A DNA stretch of 64,000 bases from assembly GCF_009914755.1 (NCBI RefSeq), contig NC_060934.1, one strand, 5' to 3'. Shown one piece after another: positions 27,830 through 43,491 of the stretch. Source of the stretch: the human T2T-CHM13v2.0 reference genome, Homo sapiens. Made by a program: the position numbers and the translations under genes. The notes beneath the pieces were generated by a model that worked only from the letters and a program-made list of their open reading frames with translations, was not told the origin of the DNA and did no database searches. Every line of letters begins with the position of its first letter. The stretch's first letter is position 1.

Positions 27830-28070
27830 CATTGCTTCTTATCTGCCTCCTTTCAAGGCCCAGCTCAGATCCCATGGCCCTGGAGAGACGGTTCTGGGCT
27901 CCTCAGTTGGTGGAGTCTCTCCTCCCTGCAACTGCCTGGAACTCAGTGTTCTTTTCTTCCTCCACTTTATGTGAGAGTGTGCAAAGGGGCTCTTCCATTT
28001 TTGATAGTGAACTCTTAAAGGGCAGGGACTTTCTTACTCCCAGGCTCAGGAGGGACCTAGCTCAGTGTCT
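27830..28070 (+). mobile_element. L2 3' fragment
   Basis: CCTTTCAAGGCCCAGCTCAGAT and GTGAACTCTTAAAGGGCAGGGAC are typical of the L2 3' end. Confidence 0.55.
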
Positions 28071-31000
28071 CCCCTACAATCCAGCCATCGACGGGGGATC
28101 ATACATATCTACCACCTGCTGAGTTATCAGCCAGCTTTGTTAAGCACCTGCTGTGTGCAGACACTGTGCTTCCTGCCAGGCTGGGAAGGAAAGGGAAGAG
28201 GCCCCTAGGACTGTAAGACCCAGCTCCTCCAGGAGCTTCACCAGAGCACACCCGAGAGCACACCCATCCACCCTCCAGGAGCTTCACCAGAACCACCAGG
28301 AGCACACCCATCAGGGACAAGTGTGCTAAGTGCTAAGTGAGAGGTACAGCCAGCCAGGGCAGGGGTGCTGAGGACAGAAGCTCCTGCGGTGGCCAGTGTG
28401 GACAGAATGAGCAGATGACTGAGTCAGCTGAGAGGGGTGTTACAAAGCAGAGATGGAGGAGCTGGCCCTGCATGTAGGCAGTCCCCACCCTGGGCTCAAG
28501 CTCCTTTCCTCGGTAGAATCTTCCAGTGAGCTCAAGCCTGGGCCATGCTCGCTTCTCAGGTAGGGGAGGACAAGTGGGATGGCGATGGAAGGAAGAGGGT
28601 AGAGAGGGCACCTCCCAACTCGGAGGGGCTGGGAGTCTGGCAGCCAGTGGCTGGGGGTGGGGGATGTCCTGGCCAGGGAGGCACCCCTGGATGTGCCTAT
28701 CACCAGAGAGGTTCCTTCTCAAATGCCCCTTCTCTATACCTCCTCAAGGGCCAGAGTCCTTGGTTAGTCGCCAAGAAGTGAAGCCAGCAAGCCCAGAGCC
28801 CTGGGGAAAGCGCCTTGCCTTGGAGGAGGAAAGAGGTGGAGAAGCTGCCCCTGGACAGAGGGTCGCCGGCCGAATCCTTCCAGGGGGTACCTGGTTTGAG
28901 GGGATGATCAAAGTGTATTGTGACCTCAGGAGTGCAAGGATGGGCCTCTGTCCTCTCCAAGGGCTAGAGCTCAGCCAGGAAAGCCAAGGCCCCCACATCC
29001 GCACACCTCCAGCTCTCGTGGCCTGCTGAGGTGTCTGCTGCAGCCCCAGCCAGGACCCTCTGCTGTTGCTGCAATTTTGAGGGCTCTCGGACTCCTCTTG
29101 CTCATGAAGAATTGTGGTTCTGTGAGCAACCTCTCTGCAGAAGGGGCTGTCAGTACCATCCTGATCTGACTGGGAAAGCCTCCTCCCGAGGCAGGCCAGG
29201 CAGCTGTCACCTCTCCCACCTCTTCTCAACAGAGTTCCTTCAATTTCCTTTGGTGCTGCCACCATCAACCCTGTTACTTCCTGGGCTCTTTCCAGTGTCA
29301 TAAGCAGACGAATGTACCAAGCTGGAAAAGCAAGGAGCGTTTGTCTTAGAAAGGACGGAACCGCAACATAATGGAGGAGAGAAGCCCAGGAGTAATACTG
29401 GGTGGCCATGCCGGGTGCCTGGGCTGGTCCTCAGAACCAGGAGCCTCACACATCTAGTCCGGTGCCCAGAGGTGCCCCAGCCAGTACTAAACTGACACAG
29501 ACGGAGGCAGCAGTCTATGTAGTTTCAGGAGGGTCTGAAGTAAGCCCTCTTAGCAAAATTGTTGAAGGGACAGTGGCTGGAAATTAACCACCTTACATCT
29601 CCCTTTGTCATGACACTCAAACCACCTTGCTGCTTGCTTCTTCAGTGAATAGAATGACCATATTTTCTTGTTCTATCCAGGACACTTTGCAATTAAGAAG
29701 GGCCCTGGTAGTCAGTAGGCTGTGACAGCAGATGTCAACCTGGCAAACCAGCAGGTGGTCACAGTAACAATGACCCAATACCCACGTCATCCTCCAGCCC
29801 TTCCAAGCCAAGCTCTGGCAACAGCTCAACCCCTCCTGGTGCCTTGTAGCTGCAGCCATTCACCAATGGCCTCAGGTGTCCACAGGGCCAGGTGGACATT
29901 GTGTGGAGAACAAAGTGAACACGCCCCTGTTCTCACCTCCATGCACCTGGGCGAGTGGGATATGATCAGAACACAAATGACAACTCTCACCGAAGGCAGG
30001 ACAGACAGGCCAGCGGAAGGCAGAAATGAAGGGCAGGGGACATTCAAAGGATAGAAAGATCTTGAATAAACAAACATTTGGAGGGAATTTTTCCCCGACA
30101 CTATTTTAAGATGGAGAGGCTGGGTCGCCAGGGTTACCAGGCCATTCTGGTGATTTGACTTTAAATGCTGGGATTCTGACTTTAAATTCATAACAACATC
30201 TTTCCTCGGCCCTGGTGGGTTAAAGAAAATGCTTTAGAGCAAATTTAGTGTTTTCTCCCATTCACAGTATCTGGCCCACAAGGCTTGTGGGTTAAAGCAC
30301 ACTCCTGATCTTCATTTGATAACCTCATCTCTCTCCTCTCTTTTGGTGCTTATTGTAAAGTAGGAACAGCAGCCTCATTACATGGGGAGGAGCAGTATGT
30401 CCAGGGCTGCAAACAAATTGCGCAGGTCCATTGCGGCCCCGTTGGGGTCAAGGGCACATGTGCATGACTGGATGCAGCAAAAGTCACAGCTAATGCACCC
30501 CGATGGTGATCCAGATGTGATGTGAGGCTCAGTGGGTACTTAGAGATTTTTCACAGCCAAGTTAACCAGTCACCCAACCCTCCTGCCCTTCCCAGGGCAT
30601 GGCAGAAATAAAAGGCATCCCTATTTAAAATGACACACGTGTGAGTGGGTTTGAGGATTCCAGATGACTCACAGGATCCTGTACATTTGTATATAGTCAA
30701 ATGGTCTTCATCTCCTGCCAGCAAACCACCCCGCTCTAAACCTACAACAGTCGAGGAAGACAAACCCATCACGACCACCTTCTAAGAAGACACAGCCAAG
30801 TCCCAGGGCTCACTGTAAGATCACAAATGCAGTGAAACTGCTTGCTAAGAGACATTTTTCTTGCACTCCACTCATTCCAAAGACAAAGCAATTTATTGCA
30901 AAGTCTGCCAAAATAAACGTGCCTGCAGCTCCCCCAGCCAGTGGGAAAGCACTTGGGCTGGGATGGGAGTAAGGAGATCGGGTGCTTGCTCCGGCCACAG

Positions 31001-31790
31001 CGTGCTAGCAGAGTGACCGTAGGCAAGTGCCGCCCATGCTCTGAGCCTCCAGTCCCTCATGTGTGACCTGGGGCAGGCACTGCCTACCTCCCAGGTGATA
31101 TGAGGGCTATCTCTGTGGAAGCACTTGGAACACAGTAAAGAGCCATGCAAAGGCTAGACAATGCGATTGCTAGTGTTTGCTGTTCAGAAAAACAAAAAAC
31201 AAAAAATAACCTTGCTTTTCATAGACAAACCTCAATTACATGGAATCACTTAAGAATGGTTCGTTAAAATTTCTGGTGAAATTAGGTTCAAAGAGGACCT
31301 CCTTGGAGGCATGAAGAAGGCCTGACTGATAAACACTGTGGACACTGAGTAATGAAGATGTGGAAATGGTGGCCAGCTTGGGGAAAGACATGAGGATAGA
31401 TCTAGGAAGTTGCTTTTTCAAACTAAAGTCCATAAATGTTCATAAGAGATTTTTTTCCCTTTCTCCTAGAAAAGTCAGCAACTTAAATTATTTTTGCTTT
31501 AAAATTCCAGTTCCCCATATTGCTCGTTAAATGAGGTTTTTCTCTTCAGAGGGCTCCAGCCTGCAATGTTTCCTCCATCCTGGTCCTGCCCCCACCTCCC
31601 TCCTTCTATCTCCTGCCCCCCTGTGCCCTTGGAGACACGCTGGGCAGACTCCCCATGTGATCAATCTGACGTCTTAAGTTTAAACGTCATTACCTCAGTA
31701 TATCAGCAGAAAAAGTTCTATTTCATTGTGTCTTGTGGCAAACTTCAGTTCGGTTAATGGAGGGTTTCGTATACTTTTAAAAGTAAGTCA

Positions 31791-32164
<374 letters not shown>

Positions 32165-35100
32165 TCAGAATTGCATAACGACGGTCACAGCTGACCGACT
32201 GGTTCCACATATTAGGCACTAGGAAAAAAAGATTTTCCAGAGTAATCCCTAGATGATGAAAGCACGAACTCATTACTTTTTTTCTTGCAGTAGTTATTTT
32301 TGTTAAGGACCTGTCCATACTGCAGGCAGTGGGTATTTTGTATGGAAGAAGAAAACATTTATCTGCATACAGTATGCTGGTTTTTTTAATCATTTCTGTT
32401 TCAATGTAAAGGCAAGGTGCCTTCATTTTGCTAACTGTTGTACATTTCCTATGACTTTTAAAATGTTGTTTCCCCTGAACTCTCCTTCAGGACAGAAGCG
32501 CCCCCAGTGAGGCCATCTGGTGCTAAGCCCCCAACGTGAGGCCTTCCCGGCTCCTCACCTAAGGTTTCCCAACCACACACATGCCCAACATGACCCCTGC
32601 CAGAGCCCCCTGTCCACCCTCGTGCCTCTTACCAAAAAGAAGTCATTTCCCAAAACCCAGGGCCTTTCCCGGGCTGACAGGTCAGTCACCGTCTCTGTGT
32701 GTGCCATGTTCACATCCTTAGGGAGCCCCTGGCTCACATCTCCTCGTGGTACCAAGCAGATGGTAGGAGAGCTTCAGAGTCTTCTACCTTCTTGCTGCTC
32801 TTTGGCACGTTACCATATGGCCTCCAAAGCTCCAGAGCAAACTCTGACCCTTCACAGAATCTGACCCCAGCCCTTCAGCTCTGATGGTTCCTTTGGCCAT
32901 AGCTCTCCCTAACACAGTCCCATTTCCTTTTGGTGTCCTCTGACGATTCCTCACCCCTTTCTCTTGCATCGCCCCCTTGTTAACTGTTTTCTTTATTTTT
33001 CAATACTCTCTTATCGGCTCCTCACCCCCAGACCCCTTGGCTCCCTCCCCTGTTCCTGTCTCCATCTCTTTTCGTCTCCATTCCGATGCCCCTGACCATT
33101 CCCTCTGCCCCCAAGGCCTCCAGACACTTCTTTCAGCACAGCCCACTGATCACTACCACAGCTCACCTCTGCAAAACGACACCCAGGGAGAAAACATCAA
33201 CAATATTGTCAACCTTGTGACAGTTTTGTTTTCCTGTCAAACACTCCTGGTGCCTTTCATTTAAATAGATTCTTTGACAGATATATCTTAGTAGGTTCCC
33301 TTTCAGGGGAAAAAAAATGTACATTTTTAAAATTTTTAGTTTTAGTTTATGTTCTAAGTCTCATAAAACACTGCTATTAGGTCCTACGGGTAAAGAAATG
33401 TTTTGGGTTTTTTTGTTTTTTGGCTTCATGGTCATAAGCAAAGTGTCTAGGGTTTCCTGTTGGTGTCAGGTCCGACATGTCACAGCAAACTCCTCAGCAC
33501 AGGCCTGTGACACACTCAGCTCAGGAGAGGGCAGCAGCCAACTACAATGCAAAGGGATGGATTCCGCTTCCTGGTCTTTAAAACCAAAAGGGAAGACCAG
33601 GTGTCCTACTTTGTGCTTCTATAATTCAGTAACTTTTCTGTTGATTTCAGTAAGTCAAACACACTTTTCTTTAGGCCTACTGGATTTTGTTGATTTAAAG
33701 AGATGTTCTGGCTCAGGCTTGAGTTGATACCCACCCTTTCCCCACCAAACCCGGGCGGAAAGTTACAGTGAACAAAGAAGGGCTACAGTTCCCCATGCTG
33801 AGAAGACGAGCAAGTGCTTCCAGAAATGCTCTTTCCTTTCAGAGAGGGAATCCATTTGGCTTCCCTTCAGTGCATGGCTTGGTGGAATCTGGGATTAGAT
33901 CCCCAACAAGCGATGAGACATCCAGAGAAACGGAGTGCCTGGTATTTATGGCAGAATATAGAATAACTCGTCTTTTTCTTAACCAATTCTTTAGTTTATG
34001 GTTTAGCCAAAAGTAAGCAAGCCAGTTCCATGGCCATCCAAGACCCTGAGAGAAGATCCCCCACCAATATTTCCCATGAATGATCAGGGGTCTACAGAGT
34101 TTCCATCACCGAAGCCATTTGAGTTCAGTGTACACGCTCTGGAATGATCAATGTAAAAATGTCAATCTCTAAGTGGTTCTGTTGCCAAAAGAGTTTATAG
34201 ATTGTGTTGAAGAGAAAATCAGCACCTGTGTTTTCTGTGGTGTTACTGCAGGGTTCATATAGAATGGAGTGATGTCTCTGGGAATATGGTTGTGCAGGGA
34301 CCATGTTAAAACAGGTGTCACATGAGCTGTCACCCAGCAGGGGTAGAGACAGAACAGAGCAATGTCCTACTATATTAATTGGCAAGAAAATACGCTGTTA
34401 ACTGGCACACAAACTCACAGGAACTGGCCGCTCCTATATCGAGACACAGCCTCCAGTCTTCCTATCAAAATATTAACTTAATATCAACCAAAGATGTCCC
34501 TCCCCACTTTGAGAGGAGCCCTCAAGGAAGTCTGATTTCTCCAGCTGTTTTCTGAAATAGCCACTTGTGTGGGTGTCCTTCTGGGTCCTGAGGCACTCAC
34601 ATAGGGTTCTTCAAATATGCGTGGTGTTGATTGTCAGTGCCCATAGCCCCCAGCCTGTCCACACCAGGCTGCTGACCATAGTATGAGGGAGAAGTCTTCT
34701 GCAGAACCTGGCGACCCCAGAGCGGCATTCCACTGGGTGGTAGTAATCCCAGAGCATAGTGGTCTCTGTGGGCCTCCCATGGCCCTGGCCACACATGCAG
34801 CCTCTTGGTGCTGACCAAAGGGACCCCTCCTGTGCAGAATACCTGTGCCTTCAACCACAGTTTTTCTCCAATAATCCATAACTACTTTAGTCTGTTACAC
34901 CAGACTCCACCAAGCACAAAATCATCCCGTGGCCTCTTTGGTTGATAATCTAAAAAGGGGGCTCCACGGAATTTTAATTAGTCTATAATTTTGAGAGCTT
35001 TCTTTATAAGAAAGAGTATAGAATCTCATATCATATTTCAGCAATTTAGTAAAAATAGCATTTTGCTGGGAAAAGAATACTAAGGGGAGGTGCCTGGTTC

Positions 35101-36989
35101 CCTTGTTCTTAATACTTCCTTTCTGCCCAACTGAACACTGCAAACTTCCACGGCAGCCCAGGATGATCTTGCCTGTTTATTAAAGCAATTGGATTTTATA
35201 CATTTGATACTTTAGCTCTTTTGTTTAAACTTTTTTTCTTGTTATTTGGTGTACAATATTTAAATGTACAGTATTTTATCTCCATAATTAGCTTAATTAT
35301 AGAACAGAGTTTCTCTTCCTTCTCATAGTCTTCAGATAATTCAGAAATGTTTAAATCTTCGCACCCACTTTATATATGTTGTGCTGTTTCTAACTTCATA
35401 TATGTAAATACTTTTTGACATACTTTGGTGTTTCAAGTTCTGTCTCTACTTTTATTGTGATCATTATCACCATGATTCTGTTATCATTCTTAATGTTGGA
35501 TTTTTTTTCTGGTGCACTCTATTTTTTTAATCACCTTGGATATTTTGAAAGTATGTTAGCTATTTGTGTACGTAGACATAGGAAAGTGCTGTGCTTAAAT
35601 TAAGCTGTAAGCTCTCTGATAGACAGATATTGACCTTAAAATTTGGTCCTCTTAAATGCTATCTATATGGTTTTCTTCCAATTAACAGGTGCTATTTCAA
35701 CAAAACTTGTTTCTCTGCTGAACTACTCTGTCCTTTCCGCTTCTGACTTTAATTTTTAATTGCCTGTGATTCGGTTTGCCAATGCCTGAATATACCACAT
35801 CAAAGATAGATATTTCCCTTGACAGTGGCATCTTCTCTCCATTTTGCTAACTTCCAGGCTGAGAGTGAATAGCAAGAAAAACAGCCCAAGTGGCCAGGGT
35901 TTGCTCAGAACCTACTGAGCAGACAGCTTCACAAACGGCTCCTCAAGTGTTTTGGCAGTGGGGGACAGACTATCCAGCTAGCCCATAGCCATATCTGTTT
36001 AAAACTTCTTGCTTCCTACTTCTCCACCTCCAGGTAGACTTCAACCTGGAATTCTAGAAATATGTGTTGACCCAGGCCCTGCTCACCAGTGAGGCAGCAC
36101 ACACAGAGACAGGCAGTGTGGTCTCAGTTCAGAAGAGACCTTTCTCCCTAACCTGAACACATCCATCCTGGGCAGTGTGACACCAGGGTGAGGTCCCTGC
36201 ATGGGGAGACAGAAGACCTAGGTTCTGGTTCCAGTTCTGTCACTGGTGCAATGACAGGCTTTCTGGGCCTTGGTCCTATAAAATACAGGGCTAGACTTTG
36301 AATGCAACACAAGTATTCTGTATGGAAAGACTTAGCTGAACAAAACAGCCTATTCTTTGAAATGTAGCTTTGCTACTGTCCAGATGTGGAGGATTTTAGC
36401 AAATGAACACAACTGTTCTTTTAAGTAAGAGGTCCTACCCGCTGGGAACCACAGGGGCCAATGACTTGAACCACAGTAATGTAATAGGTATCCTAAAGAT
36501 CAAAGGTGAACCCAAAAGAGTGATGTGGGAAGACCAATTACTAATTGCACTAAATAAAGGCTCTTTCGAAAAAGCCATCAAATGAAAAAAATGAAGCAGG
36601 AACTGGCTAAATTAGCAAAACGGTTAGACAACAGTTAGCCTGACACACTTCAACTTATAAGGAAAAAAAATGGACAGATAATTTTTTGCTGAAATTGTAG
36701 TCCTTGCTATTTGTGTTGTTCTAGAGTTTTATATGCCATTTCATACTTCTTCTCTATGATGTAAATACTTTTCATTGTAAAAAATGTAAATATTAACTAT
36801 ATTTTTTGTTTCTGTCTTTTCTAAAATGGAAGTTGATCCAAGTAATAAATTACAAATCATCTATATCTTGTTCTTTTTTTTTCTTTTTTTAGAAATTATA
36901 TACCTTTACTGTCCTTCAGAAGGGAAAGAGTTTCATGATTAAAGAGAAACTTCATTCCTAACTAATGGAAGTAAGATGGTGCCATATAA

Positions 36990-37190
36990 GAGGAAAAGAT
37001 GAAGGGTCAGGAGAGTGGGTTTTGCTCTGACTTTTTCATTAACAGATGTGGGGCCCTGACTAAGTCAGTTAACCTCTTGGAGCTTCATCTAAAACTGAAA
37101 ACAGCTGCCAACATTGTTTTAAAACTCAATAAGGTAATAGATGCAACATGCTTTGAAAGTAAAAAGGTGTACTCAAAGGCATGGAATTAC
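36990..37190 (+). mobile_element. MIR fragment
   Basis: AAGTCAGTTAACCTCTTGGAGCTTCATCT...GCTTTGAAA resembles MIR core and tail. Confidence 0.5.
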
Positions 37191-39043
37191 TAAGCCTTAA
37201 TTGTCATTGTGTTCATTGGTTGAGGGATGAAAATTTTATATATAGGAAATTTGTTTAATTATTGTATTTTGCTTGAATTCTATTTTGGGACAAAACCAAA
37301 TGGAAATTGAATGTCAAGTTAACTTCTACTGGTACTTCTAAAGGCCCATAATTAATAATCATAATGATCTTATGACCTTTAAGAGCACTGGGGAAGAAAT
37401 AAGTTTCAATAATTTTTAACAAAATTCTTAAGTCTGAATGTTCTTGGTTTGACCAAAATTTCTTCATCAGTGCCTAACAAACATTCCATGATGAAGCCTT
37501 TTCCGGAGGCAGAAATGTAATCAAATGATGTGGAATTGGCAATCCATCCAAAGGGGGAAGGAATCCCAAGGAATGTCCCAGGCAAACTCTACTTTGGATC
37601 CAAGGAACTCACATATACAAATACATCAAACTGAGGAGTGCCTTCTTTTCCTTTGTAAATGACCAAACTGAACCAATTCAACTCAAAGGAAAGCCACAAT
37701 GACTAGCAGCTTACTTCACACTTCAACAGACCAAAAGGCTTGACCGTGGATTCTTGCCATGTCAGAGTAGAAAGAAGCCTTAAAGATCATCTGCACCCCT
37801 CGCATCTTACAGATGAAAGACTGGGAATTTATGTGACTCATCCAGGGTCATTCAAAATCATGGGCCCTCCAGCTCATGAGAAAAACAGCTAGGGATAAAG
37901 AGACAATATAGTCCTTCTCAGCAGATGTGGTTCCACCTGCTCCACCTGCAGCTCAGGATGAGGGACATGGAAGGCAGGTGGAGGGGAACTTGTGCTTTCA
38001 TCTCTCAGCCACTTACAGGCCCTCCATCTTCCCCTGAGACCATCAGAAATACAGGCATTGCACTGTACAGTTTGGGGATCTTGGCTGTGGATGAGGACAA
38101 TTGTGTCATAAAAGTAAAAGCTTCCATCTCTCCTCCTTTTCTGAGAAGCAGGATGGGACTGAGAAGTCCCTGAAGAAGTGGGTTCCAGGTCTGAGTCTTC
38201 CATTAAGCATGATCATGAGCCCTTCCTTCTGTGAAATGCTAGCACTGAGCATTTAAAAGCACCTTCTCCACTTTCTCTTTCCTGGCTTTTCCTGTCTCAC
38301 TGCCAGCCCTGAACTTCTATCAGATCCTTGATGCAGGACTGGTAAAACAGGAAGTTATCTTAGATACACAGTCCTGTGATTTCCAATTAATTAACCTGAC
38401 AATTCAGAAAATGGCATTAGAAAGAACTTCAGCTGTGTTTTGTTTTAAATGACTGATGTTTAAAAGCTCTAGTTTAAAAGTCTCCAGAAAATTGATCTGG
38501 GTAACCAAATCTTGGAAAGACAGGAAAAACAAGTGGCTGAATCTTTCCACAAACAATCAGGATTTGGAAGGATTTTTGCTAAAAGATAATGTTCAGGAAA
38601 AGGTAAAATCATACTCTTAAACTGATATAAAAATGAACACATGTTAAAGATTTCATTTGACTCATATGATGAGGGAACCAGACAGATGTTTTCACCGGTC
38701 CAAAGGAAAAATCAAACAAGCACAAATTATATGCAGTAAAGGAAGGTTGAGATGAACTGCAAATGGAAACAAAGTCAATTATCACTATTGGACAGTATAT
38801 AATTTATATAACTATCGGTTACCTACAAGTTAGAAAGGGCTGCAAAATAGCTCAAAGACAATGAATAGTATAGAACCTGATACCCCAGAAGGATATGCTA
38901 CAGATGTGGCATCATTTTCCATTAAAGCATAGAATTTTTTTCCTACAATTGTAAAGCAATGCTCTGCCTTATTTAATACCTAGACTTATTTCACAGACAT
39001 TAAAACACATCATCCTTTTCAACTCATATATTAGGCTGGTAAA

Positions 39044-39353
39044 TGTGTAATCAGAAAAACCCCTGGGCAGATATTGATGGAGCCCTGTATTTGAGTGTTA
39101 AGCTTCTGACCTCTGAATTCTCTGAGCCGTTTTCCTCTGTCTATTCACTGTCTCCACCTCATACCCCACCCCCACTTAGCTTGGGGCTAAGAACTCTTGA
39201 CATAAATACTAACTCTGCAGAGCTGATCAAAAGCAGATGTAGTGAAGGATGTTGACCCTGGATTTCATAGCAGTCATCACTGGGTGAGTAATAAATCTCT
39301 ATGTTTATATGGCTAGAGTCTTTCCTCTGAATTAAAGACCACTAAACCTTCAC
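39044..39353 (+). mobile_element. Possible old solo LTR
   Basis: TG...CA ends and AATAAA about 60 nt before the end; family not recognised. Confidence 0.35.
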
Positions 39354-40299
39354 ATTTGTGGCCGCTGACTGGGAAGAACATCTTTGTCACTGGCTTCTTA
39401 ATTCAATGTGCCAACAGCTAAGATGCTCTTAGAATAATAAATTGCAGTCTCCCTCCTGACCTCATACACCCCCATGCAGTCTCCCTCCTGACCTCACAGA
39501 GGCCCATCCAATGATACTTCATGCTTATCATCCACCCACTCTTTTTAATTGGGCTGGCAGAATCATAGTATCTTAGTCCTGGAGACTTGAACTATGTCTC
39601 CCTCCCCACTTTTTCAGTATTAATTAATGTGGTCATTATACTCTTGCCATTGCTAAGGATACAGTGATTTCCTTAGCATTGCTGGATCTTTTCAAGTTAA
39701 AATAATAAATCAGAATATTAATTCAAGATGTGGCTGTGACCCGAAGAAGTCATGTGGCTGTGGCACTAACAAGTTATGTGCCTTCACCAGCCCTTCATCT
39801 CCCACGGCCTCTTCTTCATAAAAGTGAAGACATTGAATTCTAAATCTTTTTTGATTCTATCACGGTTTACAGTGATAGCTGGTGACATATTGTGGCCATT
39901 GGTGTCTTTAATATATTGTGACTATAGTAGCTGTTAACAGCCTGTATGTGTGATTGGAAAACGGCAGTGTACCCTCTCGGAAGTAAGATTTTAATGTGGG
40001 AATTGGAAAGAGATTGGTTTGGATAACTCCAATCACATAGAGATCTCTTTCCTAACTCACGCCTCATTTGAGAAAGTAGTAAATTCCCAAAAACAAGCTA
40101 TTAAATGGCATCTCCAAGGATTCTGAGCTTGAACAGGTCTTCAGGAGTTTAGGTACTGGATATTCCCCAAATAGATTGTTTATCTCCCTGGCTTTTGAAG
40201 AGTGAGGATGGGTTATGCCGACTTAAATACATTCTTGTTCAGCCCCTCTACCTCCACATTCTCACTGGCAACAATGGATATAAAAATACAATGTAATGG

Positions 40300-40860
40300 A
40301 GAGAGATTCAGCAAAAACATTGGCCTGTACTTTTCAAAAATATCAGTGTCATGAAAGACAAAGAACAATGAGGAACTGATCCAGAATAACAAAGAGTAAA
40401 GATTAAAGAGACATGGAAAATACATTCAGGGCCAGAAAAAAAATGGACAAAAAGTTCATTATAGAGCAATTGGCAACGTTTGAATATGGTGTGACATTAT
40501 ATAAGTGAATATTCTTGTGCTTAGAAAATGCACACTGAAATATATAAGTGAATATTCTTGTCCTTAGAAAATACATACTGAAATATATAAGTGAATATTC
40601 TTGTCCTTAGAAAATACACACCAAAGTATCTAGCTGTAAAGGAGAAAGATGTCTACAACTTGCTCTCAAATCATTCAGGAAAAAAAAAATTTAATTGAAA
40701 AAAGATAAAAAGATAAGTTGAAAAAACTGAAAAAGAAAATAAGAAAACAAATGTGGGAAATAAGACAAAGAGGGACAAATCTGGATGAAGGATATACAGG
40801 AGTTCTTTACACTGCTATAGCTATTTCTTGTGTTTGAAATTATTTACAAAAATATATTAA
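40300..40860 (+). mobile_element. Old L1 (L1MC/L1ME) 3' end
   Basis: TCAAAAATATCAGTGTCATGAAAGACAAAG and AATCTGGATGAAGGATATACAGGAGTTCTT segments. Confidence 0.7.
40501..40629 (+). repeat. 43-bp unit x3 tandem repeat inside old L1
   Basis: ATAAGTGAATATTCTTGTSCTTAGAAAATRCAYACTGAAATAT starting at 40501, 40544, 40587. Confidence 0.95.
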
Positions 40861-42572
40861 AAAGAAGACACTGTAGAAATAATTTCAATATTCTAAGACA
40901 AAATAATTTTGAACCTAAATTCTATATGCAATCAACTATTTAAGTATTATGACAAAATAAAAACATGTTCAGACTGCAGGACTTAGAATATTTCTTTGGC
41001 CATAAACTCTCACTGAAATTAATGCTAGAAAATGTACTTGAGCAAATAAAAAGACATGGGATACAAGAAACTATTATATCCATAGAAATTGGTAAAACGT
41101 GCAGCTAAGCCTAAATAATTGTTGTTTTATTGATAGAATCTAGAAGAAACAAAAATCCCAAATAGTTTCAGCAAGGAAAGTAGCAGAGACCTGGGGAAGG
41201 AGAAAGTAAATCATATCTAGTTTATCCATTATTCTGAATAAGAGGAAGAGAGAAATACTGATTAATTGTGGTCATACAGAGGAGATACCATGTGCTAAAT
41301 TTTAAAGGTATTCAGGGTGACATCAGTACAAATGGAGGAGTAAGGAGTTCTGAACATTCTCTCCTCCATAAAATCAACTAAAACAATGGCAAAAATTGTC
41401 AGAATCGACTTTTTCAGAACTCTAAAATTAATGAAAGGCTTACAGCAATCCAGGAGCATTTATTCAAGAAAACTGGCTGAAACTTGGTAAGAACAGGGAG
41501 TTTTGTGGAGTTTTAACTTGCCTTTTCCATGACCCTCCTCAGCTCAGCAGTAGCCTTGAAAATATGAAACCAGCAGCCTGGCAGCCAGACGCCCTGGGGT
41601 TAGGCAGGAAGTGGGGTGCAGGAAGGAAGGTGGTTATGTGGGAGGCAGAACCAGCTTGGAGCTCATTCAAGGCCATGCTTCCAGAGAATTATCATTACTT
41701 AACCTGTCTGGTCATTCCCTGGAAGACCGTATTCACAAGACTTATCTTATTTGACCCAGATCAGGGTTAGCCCAGTGTAAACAGCCTCTTCTCCAGGAGA
41801 ATTTGTCAGAAACAAACAGCAGTGACTATTTAACATTGTGGCTGCCTGTGTGGTGGCTAACAGCTGGGACAAACAATATTCCAACCAAAATGTTTAAAGG
41901 GTAAATCTGAGAAATGAGATATCCATGGGGATTTTTTTAAAACTCCAACTTACAGTAGTCTAGAAAAACATGTGCATGTAGAGGGCTGTGGATATGCTCA
42001 GGAAAGATCTGAGAAAGCCCTAGGCTATCACCTCTGGCTGACCTTGAGGCCCTACACAAACAGTAAGTGAACACTAAGCAAGAGTTGTCATCCCTGGCTG
42101 AGTGTTAAAGGTATGCCTCAATATGCATACAGAGCCACTTAGCACAGATTGGGAGACTTATTTGTTCTAGTCATTTGAGGAAATCTCTGTGTAATCATTA
42201 GCTGATGTCTAAGTTAACTGAGCAGAGACATCAGTGAGCACACATGATGAATAAAGACATTATAGAATTACCTCAAAAAAGTTGCTATCAAAAGAAAACA
42301 ATAATAACAACAAACAGCAAGGACAGCAAATCATGGAGTGGGGAGGGGGAAGAAAGAATCTGATTCCCAGAGATGACACCTAATATTATATGGTGTTCTG
42401 TTTCAATTAAAATTTTAAAATATGCAAAAAGAAAGAAAGCCTACATACAAGAAAAAAGCAGGTAACAGAAACTACCTTTGTGGAAGCCAGATGTTGGACT
42501 TACTAGACAAAGACATTAAAATCACTATTTTAGATATGTTCAAAAAAAAAGTAATCCATGGGTAAAGAACTA

Positions 42573-43041
<469 letters not shown>

Positions 43042-43116
43042 TCAGCAAACTTGAAGACAGTTCAACTGAGGTTATTCAGTCTGAGGAACAGAAAGAAAAG
43101 GCAATAAATAAAACTA

Positions 43117-43491
<375 letters not shown>

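Noticed and set aside
28226-28311. Short mosaic repeat (CCTCCAGGAGCTTCACCAGA x2, GAGCACACCC x3)
   Set aside because: Local slippage duplication with no regular repeat-spacer structure; not CRISPR-like
28744-29409. 221-aa minus-strand ORF
   Set aside because: No recognisable domain or exon structure; plausible by chance in GC-rich DNA
34717-34731. 15-nt reverse-complement match to the duplicated 49-bp element
   Set aside because: Outside the transcript; a few such matches are expected by chance in 64 kb
34880-35830. Possible decayed DNA-transposase sequence (also ~55810-56480 and ~61560-62110)
   Set aside because: No reading frame or terminal repeats I could confirm; needs a Dfam search
39443-39496. 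22-bp direct repeat containing TGACCT
   Set aside because: Simple tandem duplication; spacing does not fit a nuclear-receptor element
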